Shown: positions 50,840 to 64,000 of the stretch, piece after piece | How the letters are laid out: each line of letters starts with the position of its first letter | How positions within the stretch are numbered: the first letter of the stretch is position 1 | Source: Pseudovirgaria hyperparasitica | Lineage: Eukaryota | DNA: 64,000 nucleotides | Direction: 5' to 3' (one strand) | NCBI GenBank assembly: GCA_010093815.1 | Contig: ML996573.1 | Translations under genes and position numbers: made by a program | The notes under the pieces: generated by a model | The model's database searches: none | What the model saw: the letters and a program-made list of their open reading frames with translations, nothing else | Told to the model about the DNA's origin: nothing

Positions 50840-51546
50840 CTTGCTTTATATCTTTGTCTTGGACTCGAAGTTGTGTTATTGGTTTGGTTGCGATGTGTTG
50901 GAGTGCCAGCTGTACACTCATCTCTTATATACATTTTTGCTGCGGGCGTCGTCACCAAAGGCACGCCCGGACGAGAGAATATAGTTTCTTGCAACACAAG
51001 TTCTTTCATCATGGGTCAAGCAAACACCGCGTACGCCATCCATAGACTCAGGCCTAGTACTGACAGCAATAAGTCCGGACCATCAAATATCAGATTCACA
51101 GCTGGAGATGTCGTTTGTCTTGCGCCGCCGGACCGGACATGTAGATATGCTTCTGGTCCGGTAGGATTTGAGCTTACCTGTTTTGAGATAAGTGCTGGCT
51201 GATGCTGCTGAGGTGAGCAATGCTTGAAACCCAAACGCACGTCAAGCAAGAAGTGAATCGCCGTACTCATGGCGGACAAATCATACCATTTCCAGGTTCT
51301 CGCAATCAACAGAATAGATGCGTAAAATGGCAGCAGTAGGACTCGGTTCAGGAACTGATCGGTCTGAAGTCTGCGCAGTCATGACTAAACCTTCATAGCT
51401 CTCCGTCTTCTATGGATGGCGCGTCGCGTCTTCCCATGGATCTCCTCATCGCGTCCACCAAAGACCCACTATTTACCACGAACCCCTGTTCACAGAGGAA
51501 TAGTGCCTACACTCTTCGCAATCAACTGGTCAAGCACACCACAATC

Positions 51547-51960
51547 ATGGCCTCTTCGACCCTAAACCCCGACCTTGCGGCAACCCTCTCCTCTCTTGCT
51601 CCCGCCCTCGCGCTTCTCGACACACTCCCGGAGCCACAGCGCAGCGCGCTCGATAAGCAACTGGCCGAGAGGATGACAGCTCTCCTCGGGCCAGAGGAGT
51701 CGTGGAGCGATGAAGTGAGAGAACTGATGAAAGGCATGCGGGAGGCTGTTGAGGGGAGTGAAGAAGATGACGAGGAGGATGAGGACGAAGACGAGGAGTG
51801 GGAGACTGAAGAGGAAGGCGAAGACGAGGATGAGCCAGGCGAGGATGCGGAGGTCGGAGGGGATACAGAGAGTGCAGAAGAGGAGAAGGTATGTGGAGTG
51901 AATGAGAGTTAGGGTGTGTATGCTGACTGCGGGAAGGGAAAGGGGAAAATGGAGGAATGA
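51547..51960 (+). CDS. Small acidic hypothetical protein
   Basis: ATG in good context (ACAATCATG); helical N-terminal half and long D/E tract; probable intron GTATGT(51889)..GCTGAC..AG, then GKGKMEE*. Confidence 0.6.
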
Positions 51961-52358
51961 CCTGATGAATATAACACTGCGCATAATGTTTACAGAACAC
52001 AAATGTCCAGCGGAAAACAATGTCTTGACCATTATGGTTTCAACTAGGATGCGGAACACGCGAATACCGTGGTATAGTTCTCGGGGCGTTACCATTTACA
52101 CACGAGCCTACAACGATTAATCGCTGGCCATCAGGTCATATCCGAAGATATGAAGGACGGCCAGCAGTCGACGAGACACAGACCGTACTGACCAAATGCT
52201 AGTGTGTGTTGTCACAATACTGTACCAGAACGAGAGATTCGAGTATCACCAGGCTAAGCTTGATTGTCATTACATGGTATTCAGCAAATAACAGGCTCAA
52301 ATATGCTATCAAATATTGACAAGAAATTCCTCTCCTCAGGACACTGGCACTGCAGTGC

Positions 52359-53746
52359 CTACACCTGTGCCTCCGTTCTCATTTGTCCGAAGACCTCCGC
52401 AGCATGCTTGTGCATGTCATACGAATTCATTTCCTCCATCGTCAGCTTGTTCTTCTCGTCTTGCACCTTATATAGTGGGTTATCAGTATTATCTGAGAAG
52501 CCTATCCGCTCATGGATATTCTCGCGCGCTCGTGCTGATGCAGCCTGCACTCTGGATGCACGAACCTTACGGATCGTCTCATATGCTTCCAGAGACTCCC
52601 GCACATCGCCGCGGAAGTGCTTCTTGCTGAATACGAGGCCGAGTGCTGCGGCATCTTCAATGGCCATGCATGCACCTTGAGATTGATCGGGCATCATCTA
52701 AGTATATGTTAATACATGGTTATGATGGAACGGGACCGGATCAAAACACTCACAGGATGCGCCGCATCACCCATTATACAGACCAGCCCCTTTTGCCACC
52801 ATTCATACGGCTGGTGCACCCATAATCTCCACGGACGGACCTCAACGCCATTAGCAAGGTGGTCTCGGACTTGTTTGTCAAGATCGGGGTATGGTGCCAG
52901 CAGTTCTTCCACCGTAGCGTCTGCATCCCAGCTCTGATTGGCGTAGTCACCCTTCTCGCGAGGAAAGAAACAGTAGTAAGATAGCAGACTGCCCCCATTA
53001 CAAGGTGAAAGCACAATCTTGTTGTGCGAATGGTGTCCACCCCAGTACTCGATAGCGCTGTTTTTCGAATAATCGACAAGGCCAAGCTTGACCGCGAGAT
53101 CGGTGTGGACGTTTGCGTGCAGACAGGACGACGATGCAGGCTTCTTCTCAGGGAATATGCCAATAATGTTGCGTACAGCGGAGCCAATGCCATCGGAGCC
53201 AATTACTGCGTCGTGCTGCACAGTGACGCCGTTTGTGAAGGTAATTTTACCGGTCGAGAGGTCGATATCAGAGCACTTGTGATTCAGGACGATTGTAACG
53301 GGAGGGCCCTCGCCGGCCTCTTGTTGCGCTGTCTCCATGAGCATGGCGTGCATGTACTGTCGATGGAACATGTTATACACCTGTGCCGGTCAGTGCCATT
53401 GATACGTTCAAGGGCGTACCTAACTCACATGTCCCCATTTCTGCTCATAGTCTCCCAGGTCATACACACTGACCGGCTCGCCCGTGTTCCAGTCGCGGTT
53501 TATCAGCTTTTGTAGGACTACTGGGTCTCCTTTTGCTACGTCGACACCCCATTCGTGTAGCCATCGTGTCCCGTTCGCAGCGCATGATATCGAGGCTCCT
53601 ACCTCACCCACGAAATCTGCACGTTCGTAGATGGTGACGTTGTGACCTTGCCGGCGTAGTGAGATCGATGCACAGAGACCTCCGATGCCACCGCCTACGA
53701 CAGCGATGCTCAGCGGCCTCCAGATTGCTTCTATGGTTGCGGGCAT
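52359..53746 (-). CDS. FAD-dependent aromatic monooxygenase (salicylate hydroxylase-like, group A), 3 exons
   Basis: IAVVGGGIGG, YER..GEVGA, FHR, IGSDGIGS and GDAAHP/MMPDQSQGACMAIED motifs. Confidence 0.92.
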
Positions 53747-54368
53747 ATTGTTTTACAGTTGAAGTTGTGAGCGACTCAGGAGGTAGGTATTCGGGTATAG
53801 TGTCAAGATGCTACTGTTTGAAACCATCCTCAGGAATATTTATCGTTCACTTGAACAGGCTTTGCTCGGCCGTCATCTTGTGACTTCCGCTGTGCATAAC
53901 ACATTTTACCTAGGATGTGAGCGTCCCTGGTCATGTACGGGCCGTATACTTTTCACATTTTAACACTTCACATAGCAGAGTGCTGGGTGAACGCCAGGTT
54001 CACATCGGCTCAGTGAACTGGTGATCGACTTCCGAGCGTTGTTCTACAGGGAATAATGCGATCAAGGCTGACGGCATAGCATTGTTGTTGACTCGGGTGC
54101 AGTATCCGAGCATCAGAACTCACCCGACCCCTGCCTCGCGCGCACGCCACCGCTAATTCTGATCATGACTCGCGTGGCCCGACACCGCGGGCGGGGTCAG
54201 GCCCGCCAGGGGCTACCGAACCACACTGATAGGGTAGCGGCTGAAGTACATGTCATGCATATTGATTACTGCTTCTGGCAAACATCAAACATATACAGGA
54301 CACAAACGTGTGTAGCAAAGGAGACTGAGAAGACATCTCTTAATCTAACACAATTGCACTGAAAAGAC

Positions 54369-55652
54369 ATGAGTAACGGTACGAGTAAAGGCAATGGAGC
54401 CGCCCATCCTCTGCCTGTTCCTAAGTTGAAAGAGGTATCAAATGGACTATCATTGCTCCAGCCACTATCTAGAAAAGGATCAGGCCCAGGAGTGATTGTT
54501 CTGACCGAGACGCTTGAAGATGCGTTACCAGGTGACAATGTTGCGATCAAGCATGGTGTGCCTTCAGTTCCTATCAAATGGGCCGAGGAAGGATATACTG
54601 TGATTGAGATCACAGAGGCAGCTTTTGCAAGTTCAAAAGATCCCTTTGTGTCAGCCATCGACGCCTTGGAGAAGGAGGAGAAATGTGAACCAAATGGTAG
54701 CATAGGCTTGGTTGGTAAGTTACTGCTGGAACAAACATCACGATTCATCGTCTAATCGTCTAAAGTGTACTCAACCGCTCTCTGGACCCGCGCAGCACCA
54801 CTCCTTGCAACTCACAAAACCATCGCAGGCGCCATCATTTACTCCTCGAACTCCGACTTCGAATCTCTAGCCAAATCCCCAATTCCTATCCTCGTTCATC
54901 TCTCCGGCAAATCTCCCACCAAACTTCCCCGCTCAGCCGCTCTCACAGCATACGATTACCCAACCATGACATCCCCTCTATTCGCAACTCCATTCTCAGT
55001 CGACTTCAACTACGCCTCCGAGTCCGTGTCGCACACACGCAACCTCTCATTCCTCAAACCACTCATGCACGGCCCTTACTTCGACCTCGAAGCAATCTGG
55101 GACGAGCACACGGCCTACGAATTCGAAACCCGGGACGTCGATGCAACAATGTCCACAATGGTCCAAGAGCCGTATGTGAACCACATCCCCACCATGACCG
55201 GTGGGATCGGCCGCGAGCGCCTGTCCACGTTCTACGCGCATCACTTCATTTTCTCTAATCCCGACGACACGGAGCTTGAGCTCATCTCCCGCACCGTGGG
55301 AATCGACAGAGTGATTGACGAGTTCATATTCAAGTTTACGCATGATAGGATGGTGGACTGGCTGTTGCCTGGAGTACCGCCGACGGGCCGGTACGTGGAG
55401 ATCCCGTTCACGGGGGTCGTGAATGTGCGTGGAGATAGACTGTATCATGAGCATATTGCGTGGGATCAGGGCAGTGTGTTGAGGCAGTTGGGGCTGTTGC
55501 CGGAGTATTTGCCATGGCCTTATGAGGTAGAGGGTGGAGGGAAGAAGGAGTTCAGGGTGCCGGTGGCCGGGAGGGAGACGGCGGTGAAGATGAGGGATAA
55601 GAATGGGTTGGAGAGTAATACAATGTTTGAGTTTGGGATGAGGGATGCTTGA
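54369..55652 (+). CDS. Dienelactone-hydrolase-like / SnoaL (NTF2-like) domain protein (carboxymethylenebutenolidase-type annotation); one intron ~54716-54765
   Basis: KWAEEGY, FDLEAIWDEHT.YEF, TMVQEPYVNHIPTMTGG, ISRTVGIDRVIDEF and RLYHEHIAWDQ motifs. Confidence 0.85.
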
Positions 55653-56152
55653 TATTAGGGGGAATTCATAGTGGTTGAAGGATATTTGTGTTATCTCTAA
55701 ATGTACTTCTGTTTCAGGCCATGCAGTTGTCGTATATCAGATATGTACGTGTCAATTCACAATTGTTATATGAAGGTCTCGTTTTGTTGACTAAGTTATA
55801 CTTCACATGTATTCCTTTGTACAGTAAAATATCACAATGAAAATATGTTACCTTAACTCAACATGGTAAATATGTACAACAGGTGTTATAGCAACTCTCA
55901 ATGACCTACAAATGGAGACAACGTTGGAAGATCACATGTGTGACTGACCATAATGTTGGGTTTTTAAGCTATTGCCTTGGGATGATATTTGCGTAGGAAA
56001 GAGCCTGAGGGGAAGCTATCAACAGCCATCACATCTAACTTCATAGAGTTTCAATTAACTATGCCAAAGAACAGGTATATATAGATAAATTGCGCACATC
56101 TTTCTAGCAGACATGGTATCCCACAAGACATTCATCCCCTGGTTCGTCCATC

Positions 56153-57308
<1,156 letters not shown>

Positions 57309-58165
57309 CTAAACTTGTGGATAGAAGACAACACAGATTGAGCTGCGAACTTTGACGGACCAAGAATTTCGACAGAATGTTTGTAAGAAGTTGCAACTTG
57401 GATATATTTGTACTTGCTCTGTTACCCCACAGCTTCCACCTCCGCAGTAGGGAGCGGGGATGCTTGTCAGACCATCGAAATACCCGTGTCACGGCATCTC
57501 AGAAGGGAGAGCGTTTCGTGCGCCGGATAAGCACTGCTGAGGTATTTACCAGCCTCATGCTTTGCTGTTGTTGGTTGTCAGCGCTTACGTGGGAGGTCGT
57601 ATGGAACAACTGGGGAGAACCGGACCGAGCACTCTGACCAATGAGAATGGTTGTTTGGGCGCTTCCCGAGACATATTAATGCCTTAGGCGATCATATATT
57701 TTACCCCTGATTGGCAAGTTCTACGTGGCCCCTGAATGCAGTGTACTATTTCTCATTTTGCTACTTGGTGTCTCCTGACAAGAATTGATATTTTCAATGT
57801 TTTGTACATCAGCTCAGAATCATTCAATTGGTATCCCATGACTCTTGATATTATTGATAGATAGAGTTACAAATTTGACAAAGCAGTTGAGTATCCCTCT
57901 TTTGCTTTACTCGAGGCGGATTCCCATTATTTTTCACATTCTCCTTGTGACAATAACGCAAGTGCTTGCCCTCGTACTATGTCAAGCGCTTGCACAAGAT
58001 ATTCAGCTTGTTCTGTAGGTCTCACAGGACGCTTTGGACTGCTGCACAGCCTGCGTTCGCAACAAGCGGCTACCCTGATACGTTTGTGCCACGGGCATGG
58101 CTCTGAAAAGTTCCTCAGATGAGCAAAGACTTCTTACACCCCCGCTCAACTTCACCAACGAGGCT

Positions 58166-60409
58166 TCAGCCACAGTCAAAATACATGGCTCCGCCCATTT
58201 GTGGCCAATCAACCGAAAAGTCGTCCCAAAGCAATGGCAGATTCGCCGCATCATCTACACTGAACCCAGGCATCGCCAACGCAGCATCAAAATCGAAGTT
58301 TCTTTCAACGCCCTGTCCTAGCATGTCGATACTTCCGGAGTGGCCCGAGTCAGGACTCAGGTACGGTGGATCTGCAGGCGATGCCTTCTTTAGATCGATG
58401 GTGAAAATCTGGTCGATGAACTGGTTCGTGACTTTACGTTTCTCGTCGAGGCGTTGCTGACGGCTCTTCGTGATGGCGTCGGAGAAGGCGGTTAGAATCT
58501 CGTAGTAATGCTTTGCTTGGGGAGATAGTTCGCCGAGGTTTGCGAGGACGGACCGGGCAGCGGCAAAGGCGGTGCTGGTATCGGTGTCTTCATCGGTTGA
58601 GGCGAAGAGGGAGAATCCAAGGAGGAGACCAGCGGCGAATATCCATGCTCTGAAGATTTGTTAGCTCGCGGTTACGGTGGTGATCTGTAACTGAGTGACA
58701 GATTGATGAGCTTACTTCATGAGACACATGTTGCGTAATAGAATTCCAGCTTCCATAGCTCTGTGTGCCATGATAGCCATGTATGTAGCCGACTCTACAC
58801 ATACCTGGGCAAGGTTGGCCACTTTTGCACGCTCAATCGATGCACTCGAATCTGCAACCGCATGATTGTGTGACTTTCTGGCGCGATCGCGGAGCTTGAG
58901 CATAATGTGAGATGTCAGGAACGGTCTCGTCACCAGAATCACTGCAAAGTAATATACACAAGCAACATGGGCTGCTCCTACGAGCAGCTCACGATCTGCC
59001 GGGCTTGAGACAAACATGTTGTCGCTGGAGAAGCGTCGAAGCTCCGGTGGCAGCTTCTGGCTCCACTTTCGAAGCTCGTGAAGAAAATCTTCTGCTGGCT
59101 GGCACTCTACACTTTTGCTGCTCCAGAGACGTGACTCCATTGAGTCGACAAGACATGACATCTCATAGGTTGCATCGATGGCAAGGCTTGAAGAACGAGA
59201 ATCTCGGTCGTTGTCGCTACTGGACTCTAGGTCGTCATGCCATACTGACGAGAAGTTTCCGGGACGACCCAAGATCGAGCTGACGATGGTATCAAGCACA
59301 CAGAGACTCTTCCATGTGCGGAGCCTATCCCTTGCATCAGAATATGAAACATAAGCATGGGAATGGGACTCGGATCTCACCTCTCGGCACCATCCGCTTT
59401 CGGCAGCACCCGGTACTGGTCTTTCCGGTGGAGACCCAGAGCATTAGCTGCTTTTGAGGCAACTCCCAGATACATAAAAGCTGCGTTTCGGCGACAAGCT
59501 CCTAGCATATAGAATGCCATGAGGAGAAATAGCTTGATCATGTTCAGACTTGGATCGCAGAGAAAGCCTTCGAATGCGAACTGTTGTGCTTTATAGAAGT
59601 AATGCGCTGCAAACTTCGTGTCATTTGGATATATGCCACGGCATTGACCTCCAATAGCTAGAACCATGTGGAAAATAGCTTGAGTGGCTCTCCGGTCTTG
59701 TTTGCGGTCTCCACCAATAATGTTCTCGAAACTGAGCGCAGTGTATATCTCATCACTTGAGAAGAGATCAAGTATAGCACTGGTCTGCAAATTGAATCAG
59801 ATGGTGCCTCTATGTTATCAATTGAGTACTCACGGCTTCAAAGTAACATTGTATTAATGCTTTTTGATGCTCCACGTCCAATCGACCGATTTCATCAATA
59901 TTACCATAGGGGCTGGGATCGACTTCTAACATTACGTTGTTGACACCACTTTCTGTGAACGCGGACGGACCCGCATGTCGCTTCAAGACTTGTCTCAGGA
60001 ACTGGAGATAGGATATGGAAGCTGTCCCGCCCAGATACAGTTGTTCACCTTTGGAGCTGAACAACATGCGACTTCGAGTCTTGTGGGATCCCGGTTGCCA
60101 TGTCTCGTCAGAAGATCCTGCATCATTCGTGGAATGCTCTGTTCCCGCTTCAGCATCTGGAACATCCACTGGACTGGTCAGGGACGCCTCCGTGAAGGCG
60201 CTTCCGGGATCCTCTCGTGAGTTTGTCGAGGCTCGTGAGGGATGAGAATGGTGGTAAGGTGCGTCGAAGATGCATGCTTCAATCTTGCCCCTCTTCCTGC
60301 ACCCTTGACATGGTTGTTGTGCGTCACACCGTACTTTCGAGTTTCTGCATGGCACACAGGCTTGTACCGAGCGTTTGCGATTCTCCGGAAGCACTTTTGG
60401 TCGGGGCAT
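58166..60409 (-). CDS. Zn(II)2Cys6 transcription factor with MHR domain (4 exons)
   Basis: CVPCRNSKVRCDAQQPCQGCRKRGKIEAC; ALGLHR, RLRTWKSLCVLD, ILVTRPFL and AWIFAAGL motifs. Confidence 0.92.
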
Positions 60410-61500
60410 TGGGTATCTTAGAGGCCGAGTTTCTTTGGCAAGACGACGCTCTCTCGAAATATGCGACTCATGTAGCTGCCCTGCTGTGGATTTATGAAAT
60501 TTGACTCGTGCTATGTACGAAGCCTCATAGCTTGAACACCCTCAGGCGTGTCCCATGTGATTTTGAGTATCCCGTTCTCAAAGTGAGTGTCTTTGATAGA
60601 TCAGAATAACAAGTGCTAGGTCTGTGCTTCAGTTGGGGTCCTTTCGCTGGAATACGTTGTGGTGTGGACCTTTCTGCACGTCAAACAGGTTCGTTTGTGA
60701 TCCCGATGAGCCGTCGCGTGTTGGTGGATCCTGATGGTATGCATTGCATTAATGAACTCGAAGAAGTGGGGTTATGATAAGACCTGAGCGGGAGCTACCA
60801 CAAAGGCTTACGAAGTAGCTAGGATAAGCTGACGATTGGTGGCGAGGAGATGATGCCTAAGTATGATTGATCCCCATAGCCTAACCTGGGCTAAGCAGAT
60901 GGATGGTAGTCATATATCAGCTATACGAGACCCTAGTGAAACATGGCTTGAATGCGTGCAGATAGAGTTGCCGCAACACTGCATGGCAGCGGACTTTCGA
61001 TGCCACAGACTACGGGTATTTCTGACGATATGTATTGTGTGCGTGATGAGATCGATCCTATACCCTTGCTATCTTGATGATATCGTGTCGATCAATGATG
61101 GCGATGCGTGACGAGGCGTTTGGCCTCGGGTAACACACCTGGCCCACTTCCGAGGGATCGAGTACGTAACCGAAGCTCAAATACATTATCGGTCCTTTCC
61201 GATTGGTTCGCTGGTACACTCGTCAGTCTACCTTGGTACTATCAAACTATCAGTTCAACTGCTACACCGCATCGCAAGTAAGTTTTCGGCAGATTGAAAG
61301 CTACCTGACGGTATATGACCACAACCCGTATTAGGACATGGAGCCTGGAGGTTGTATCAACGCCCCGGCGGAGATCAAGTTTAATTTGACTTCCTAACTC
61401 GACAACGTCTTACGCATACATATTTTCAATACCTACTTGGGTCAAGAGCAAGGATATCAAAATTCGAGAACATCGAGTTTGGATTTAGCAATATTCAGCA

Positions 61501-62434
61501 ATGGCATCAGGAAGCGTGCGCAGCGTGCGCGCCATGTTTGAGCTCACTGATCGTAAATACATCGTCACTGGTGGCGGGCAAGGTATTGGATATGCAGTCG
61601 TGCATGCAATCTGTGAAATGGGCGGAGACGTTGCAGTTCTAGACATTGTCGATAAGCCGCTGGAAGATCTGGACGCAGTTGCAAAGAAGTTCAATCGCAA
61701 AGTCACTTATCACCAGGCCGATGTCAGTATCGAGGAGTCTTTGAGATCTGCATTCGCAGCAGGATTGAAAGCACTTGGAGGACTGGATGGAGTCTTTACT
61801 TCGGCAGGAATAGCTATCGACAAGCCATTCACGGAGCAGTCCTGGGCTGAAGTGGAGAAGATTCAGAAGGTCAACGTAAGTTTTATGCGAAAGGGAGGAC
61901 TATGGCAAGGGGCAGAGACTTATATGCTCTAGGTTTTGGGCACATTCTTCACGGCGCAGATGGCCGCAGACGAGTTCAAGAAGCAGAACAAACCAGGCAG
62001 CATCGTCACAGTCTCATCCATCACTGCTCACTGTGTCTTGCCCGGCTATCGCATGACGGGATATAACGCAAGTAAAGGAGGCGTGAAGATGCTCACCTCA
62101 GCTCTCGCTGTTGAACTTGGGCCCAAGAACATTCGTGTCAATGCCATAGCTCCAGCATTTACTGACACGGCTCAGACAAAGGTAAGAAACATTAAATCCA
62201 CATCGGAACAACATCATTGATGAACTACAGGCTGCTCGTGATGTTGCTCATCCAGAGGCAGTACATCACATGTACAATGCAGCGCCCCTGAAGCGGATTG
62301 GAACAGTAAACGACATTGTTGGTGCAGCCATTTATCTGCTGAGCGATGCATCTGCATATACAACGGGATGCGAGCTTACTGTTACGGGAGGCATCCACCT
62401 GGGCAGATCTACGGATCATGCAATGTACGAATAG
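61501..62434 (+). CDS. Classical SDR (sorbose reductase/arabinitol-dehydrogenase-like), 3 exons
   Basis: IVTGGGQGIG, TSAGI, YNASK, IRVNAIAP and PLKRIG motifs. Confidence 0.92.
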
Positions 62435-63427
62435 ATACCTCGAGATGTGGAAATGAAAGGTTATGCAACTGCGTCCGACTCCGCCCATACTATTGAAACT
62501 AGCCCACAAAGCTGACACCGTTCTGAGCCTGGTGTGTACTTTTTCGTGAATTACATTCATCAAGGGGCATGCTCCGATCTACAGAACGAACCTCGTGTAA
62601 AAATCTTCATGTTTTCTCTGCATAACTACCGCTGAAGCCTGAACGACCGCTAATGCTCAAGGTCTACAGCTTTACTTTTTTAGCATTTGCTTGTTTCGAT
62701 CAAGCAGCCCCACATAAGACATCGATATGCAAGTAATGTTGATTAACAAATGTAACCCCTTTCTCTCTCTATCTCACGGAACGACCGAACACCAACTCCA
62801 TACCGAAGCCGCATCGGATCAAGACCCAAGCCCTATCATCGCGACGGCGGACTCTCTAACAACAAACGTCTCCTACTTCGGCACGCGACAGGCGCAGTCT
62901 AACCCCGCTTCGGCAAACACTCAAAAATACCCGGTCCCAAACTCTTCAGTCGCGGGCTGGCCCAACCCTTATTTAGACTAACAACACTTAGTGCGCGTAC
63001 GACTCCGCCTCGGGCGATCTCCTTCTAATCTTGATATTATCTATTCTTCGAGCGAGCCATTGCCCGAAGAACGTTTGAAGCCATGATAGCAGTGCCTCGG
63101 TCCGTGAGCGTTGTGGTGTGCCCTTGATCCGAGCCTATGTTTTGGCCATGGCCTGGGATGTCGTGGCTGAGTGAAAGATGCCGTTCCCTGCTATCAAGTA
63201 AACTCTCCTCCCCTATCGAGATAAGCTATACGCGGAGCGTTATGCTCATTAGCTTTTAACGGCCCGTATGCCCTGAGGAAAAGGGTGGAGACAAGGCAAT
63301 TGATGAAACGACTCCTCTTTTTGTAGCAATACTGGATCACTGAGTACGTGTGTTACAGCTTGTGCGACTGTGTGGGGTCATTGTTAGAGTATACAACATA
63401 CACACCAGGCCTCTATCCTAGAACAAC

Positions 63428-64000
63428 ATGGCAGGCGAACGCGACATGGTAGTCGTCGGCGCCGGTAAGTCCCCTCGTACTCCCTTCAACATGCAATCTA
63501 ACAAACCAAAAGGCTGGTTCGGTCTCGCCGCTGCAAAAGCCTACATCGAACTGCACCCGGACGAGGACATCCAAGTCCTCGAATCCGCCGCGACATGCGG
63601 CGGCACATGGGGTCGCGACCGCCTCTATCCAGGCCTCAAAAGCAACAACCTGCACGGCACATACGAGTATCCCGACTACCCGATGAGCGAAGCCCTCTAC
63701 GGCGTCGCACCCGGCCAACACATCCCAGGCGCCGTCCTCCACGCCTATCTCACCGACTACGCAAAGAAGTTCGGCGTCTACAAACGCACGCAGTTCAACA
63801 CAAAGGTCACCTCGCTCGCGCCCTCTGCCGCCGGCGGCTGGACCATCACCACAACCTCCGACACGAAAGGCCCGGAGACCATCCAGACGAAGAAAATCAT
63901 CCTCGCGACGGGGCTTACGTCGACGCCCAATTTCCCGACGTATCCGGGCGTGGAAGCGCTCAATGTGCCAATTTTTCATGCTAAAGACTTTTGCATCAAT
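63428..64000 (+). CDS. Flavin-containing monooxygenase (FMO-like), 5' part only; runs off the end of the window
   Basis: MAGERDMVVVGA/G(intron)WFGLAAAK, CGGTW, RLYPGLKSNN, YEYPDYPM, ILATGLTS and PIFHAKDF motifs. Confidence 0.88.
   Translation, partial: MAGERDMVVVGAGKSPRTPFNMQSNKPKGWFGLAAAKAYIELHPDEDIQVLESAATCGGTWGRDRLYPGLKSNNLHGTYEYPDYPMSEALYGVAPGQHIPGAVLHAYLTDYAKKFGVYKRTQFNTKVTSLAPSAAGGWTITTTSDTKGPETIQTKKIILATGLTSTPNFPTYPGVEALNVPIFHAKDFCIN

Noticed and set aside
60410..63427. Clusters of GATA (HGATAR) boxes suggesting nitrogen regulation
   Set aside because: Several are present (e.g. 60775, 61186, 61239, 61247, 63191, 63213, 63219), but about one per 340 bp is expected by chance; not convincing without conservation data.

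Overview
Filamentous ascomycete (Pezizomycotina-type) genomic DNA with short GT-AG introns, in four blocks. (1) 1-~13,190 is an AT-rich, RIP-mutated transposon graveyard with a 300-N gap. By hand translation it holds a ~1,100-codon Plavaka-type transposase pseudogene (minus strand), a divergent intron-containing partner pseudogene, a Tad1-like LINE reverse transcriptase with a (TAT)n tail, and a DD34E Tc1-like transposase. (2) 13.5-30.4 kb holds an MFS transporter, YAE1, an ABC1 kinase, a small membrane protein, a fatty-acid-hydroxylase-family enzyme, an F-box protein and a secreted, probably GPI-anchored protein built from ~20 acidic tyrosine ([DE][DE]YG-like) repeats. (3) 30.9-42.7 kb is a housekeeping block (SPT16, IPI3, FSH1-type hydrolase, RPN5) followed by a single-pass membrane protein and a GT90 glycosyltransferase. 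(4) 43-64 kb is a candidate aromatic-catabolism cluster: phenol-monooxygenase-like enzyme, salicylate-hydroxylase-like enzyme, dienelactone-hydrolase/SnoaL protein, 2,3-dihydroxybenzoate decarboxylase, two Zn2Cys6 regulators, two SDRs and a truncated FMO. All family calls come from motif recognition by eye; no searches were run. Exon boundaries are inferred from splice signals.
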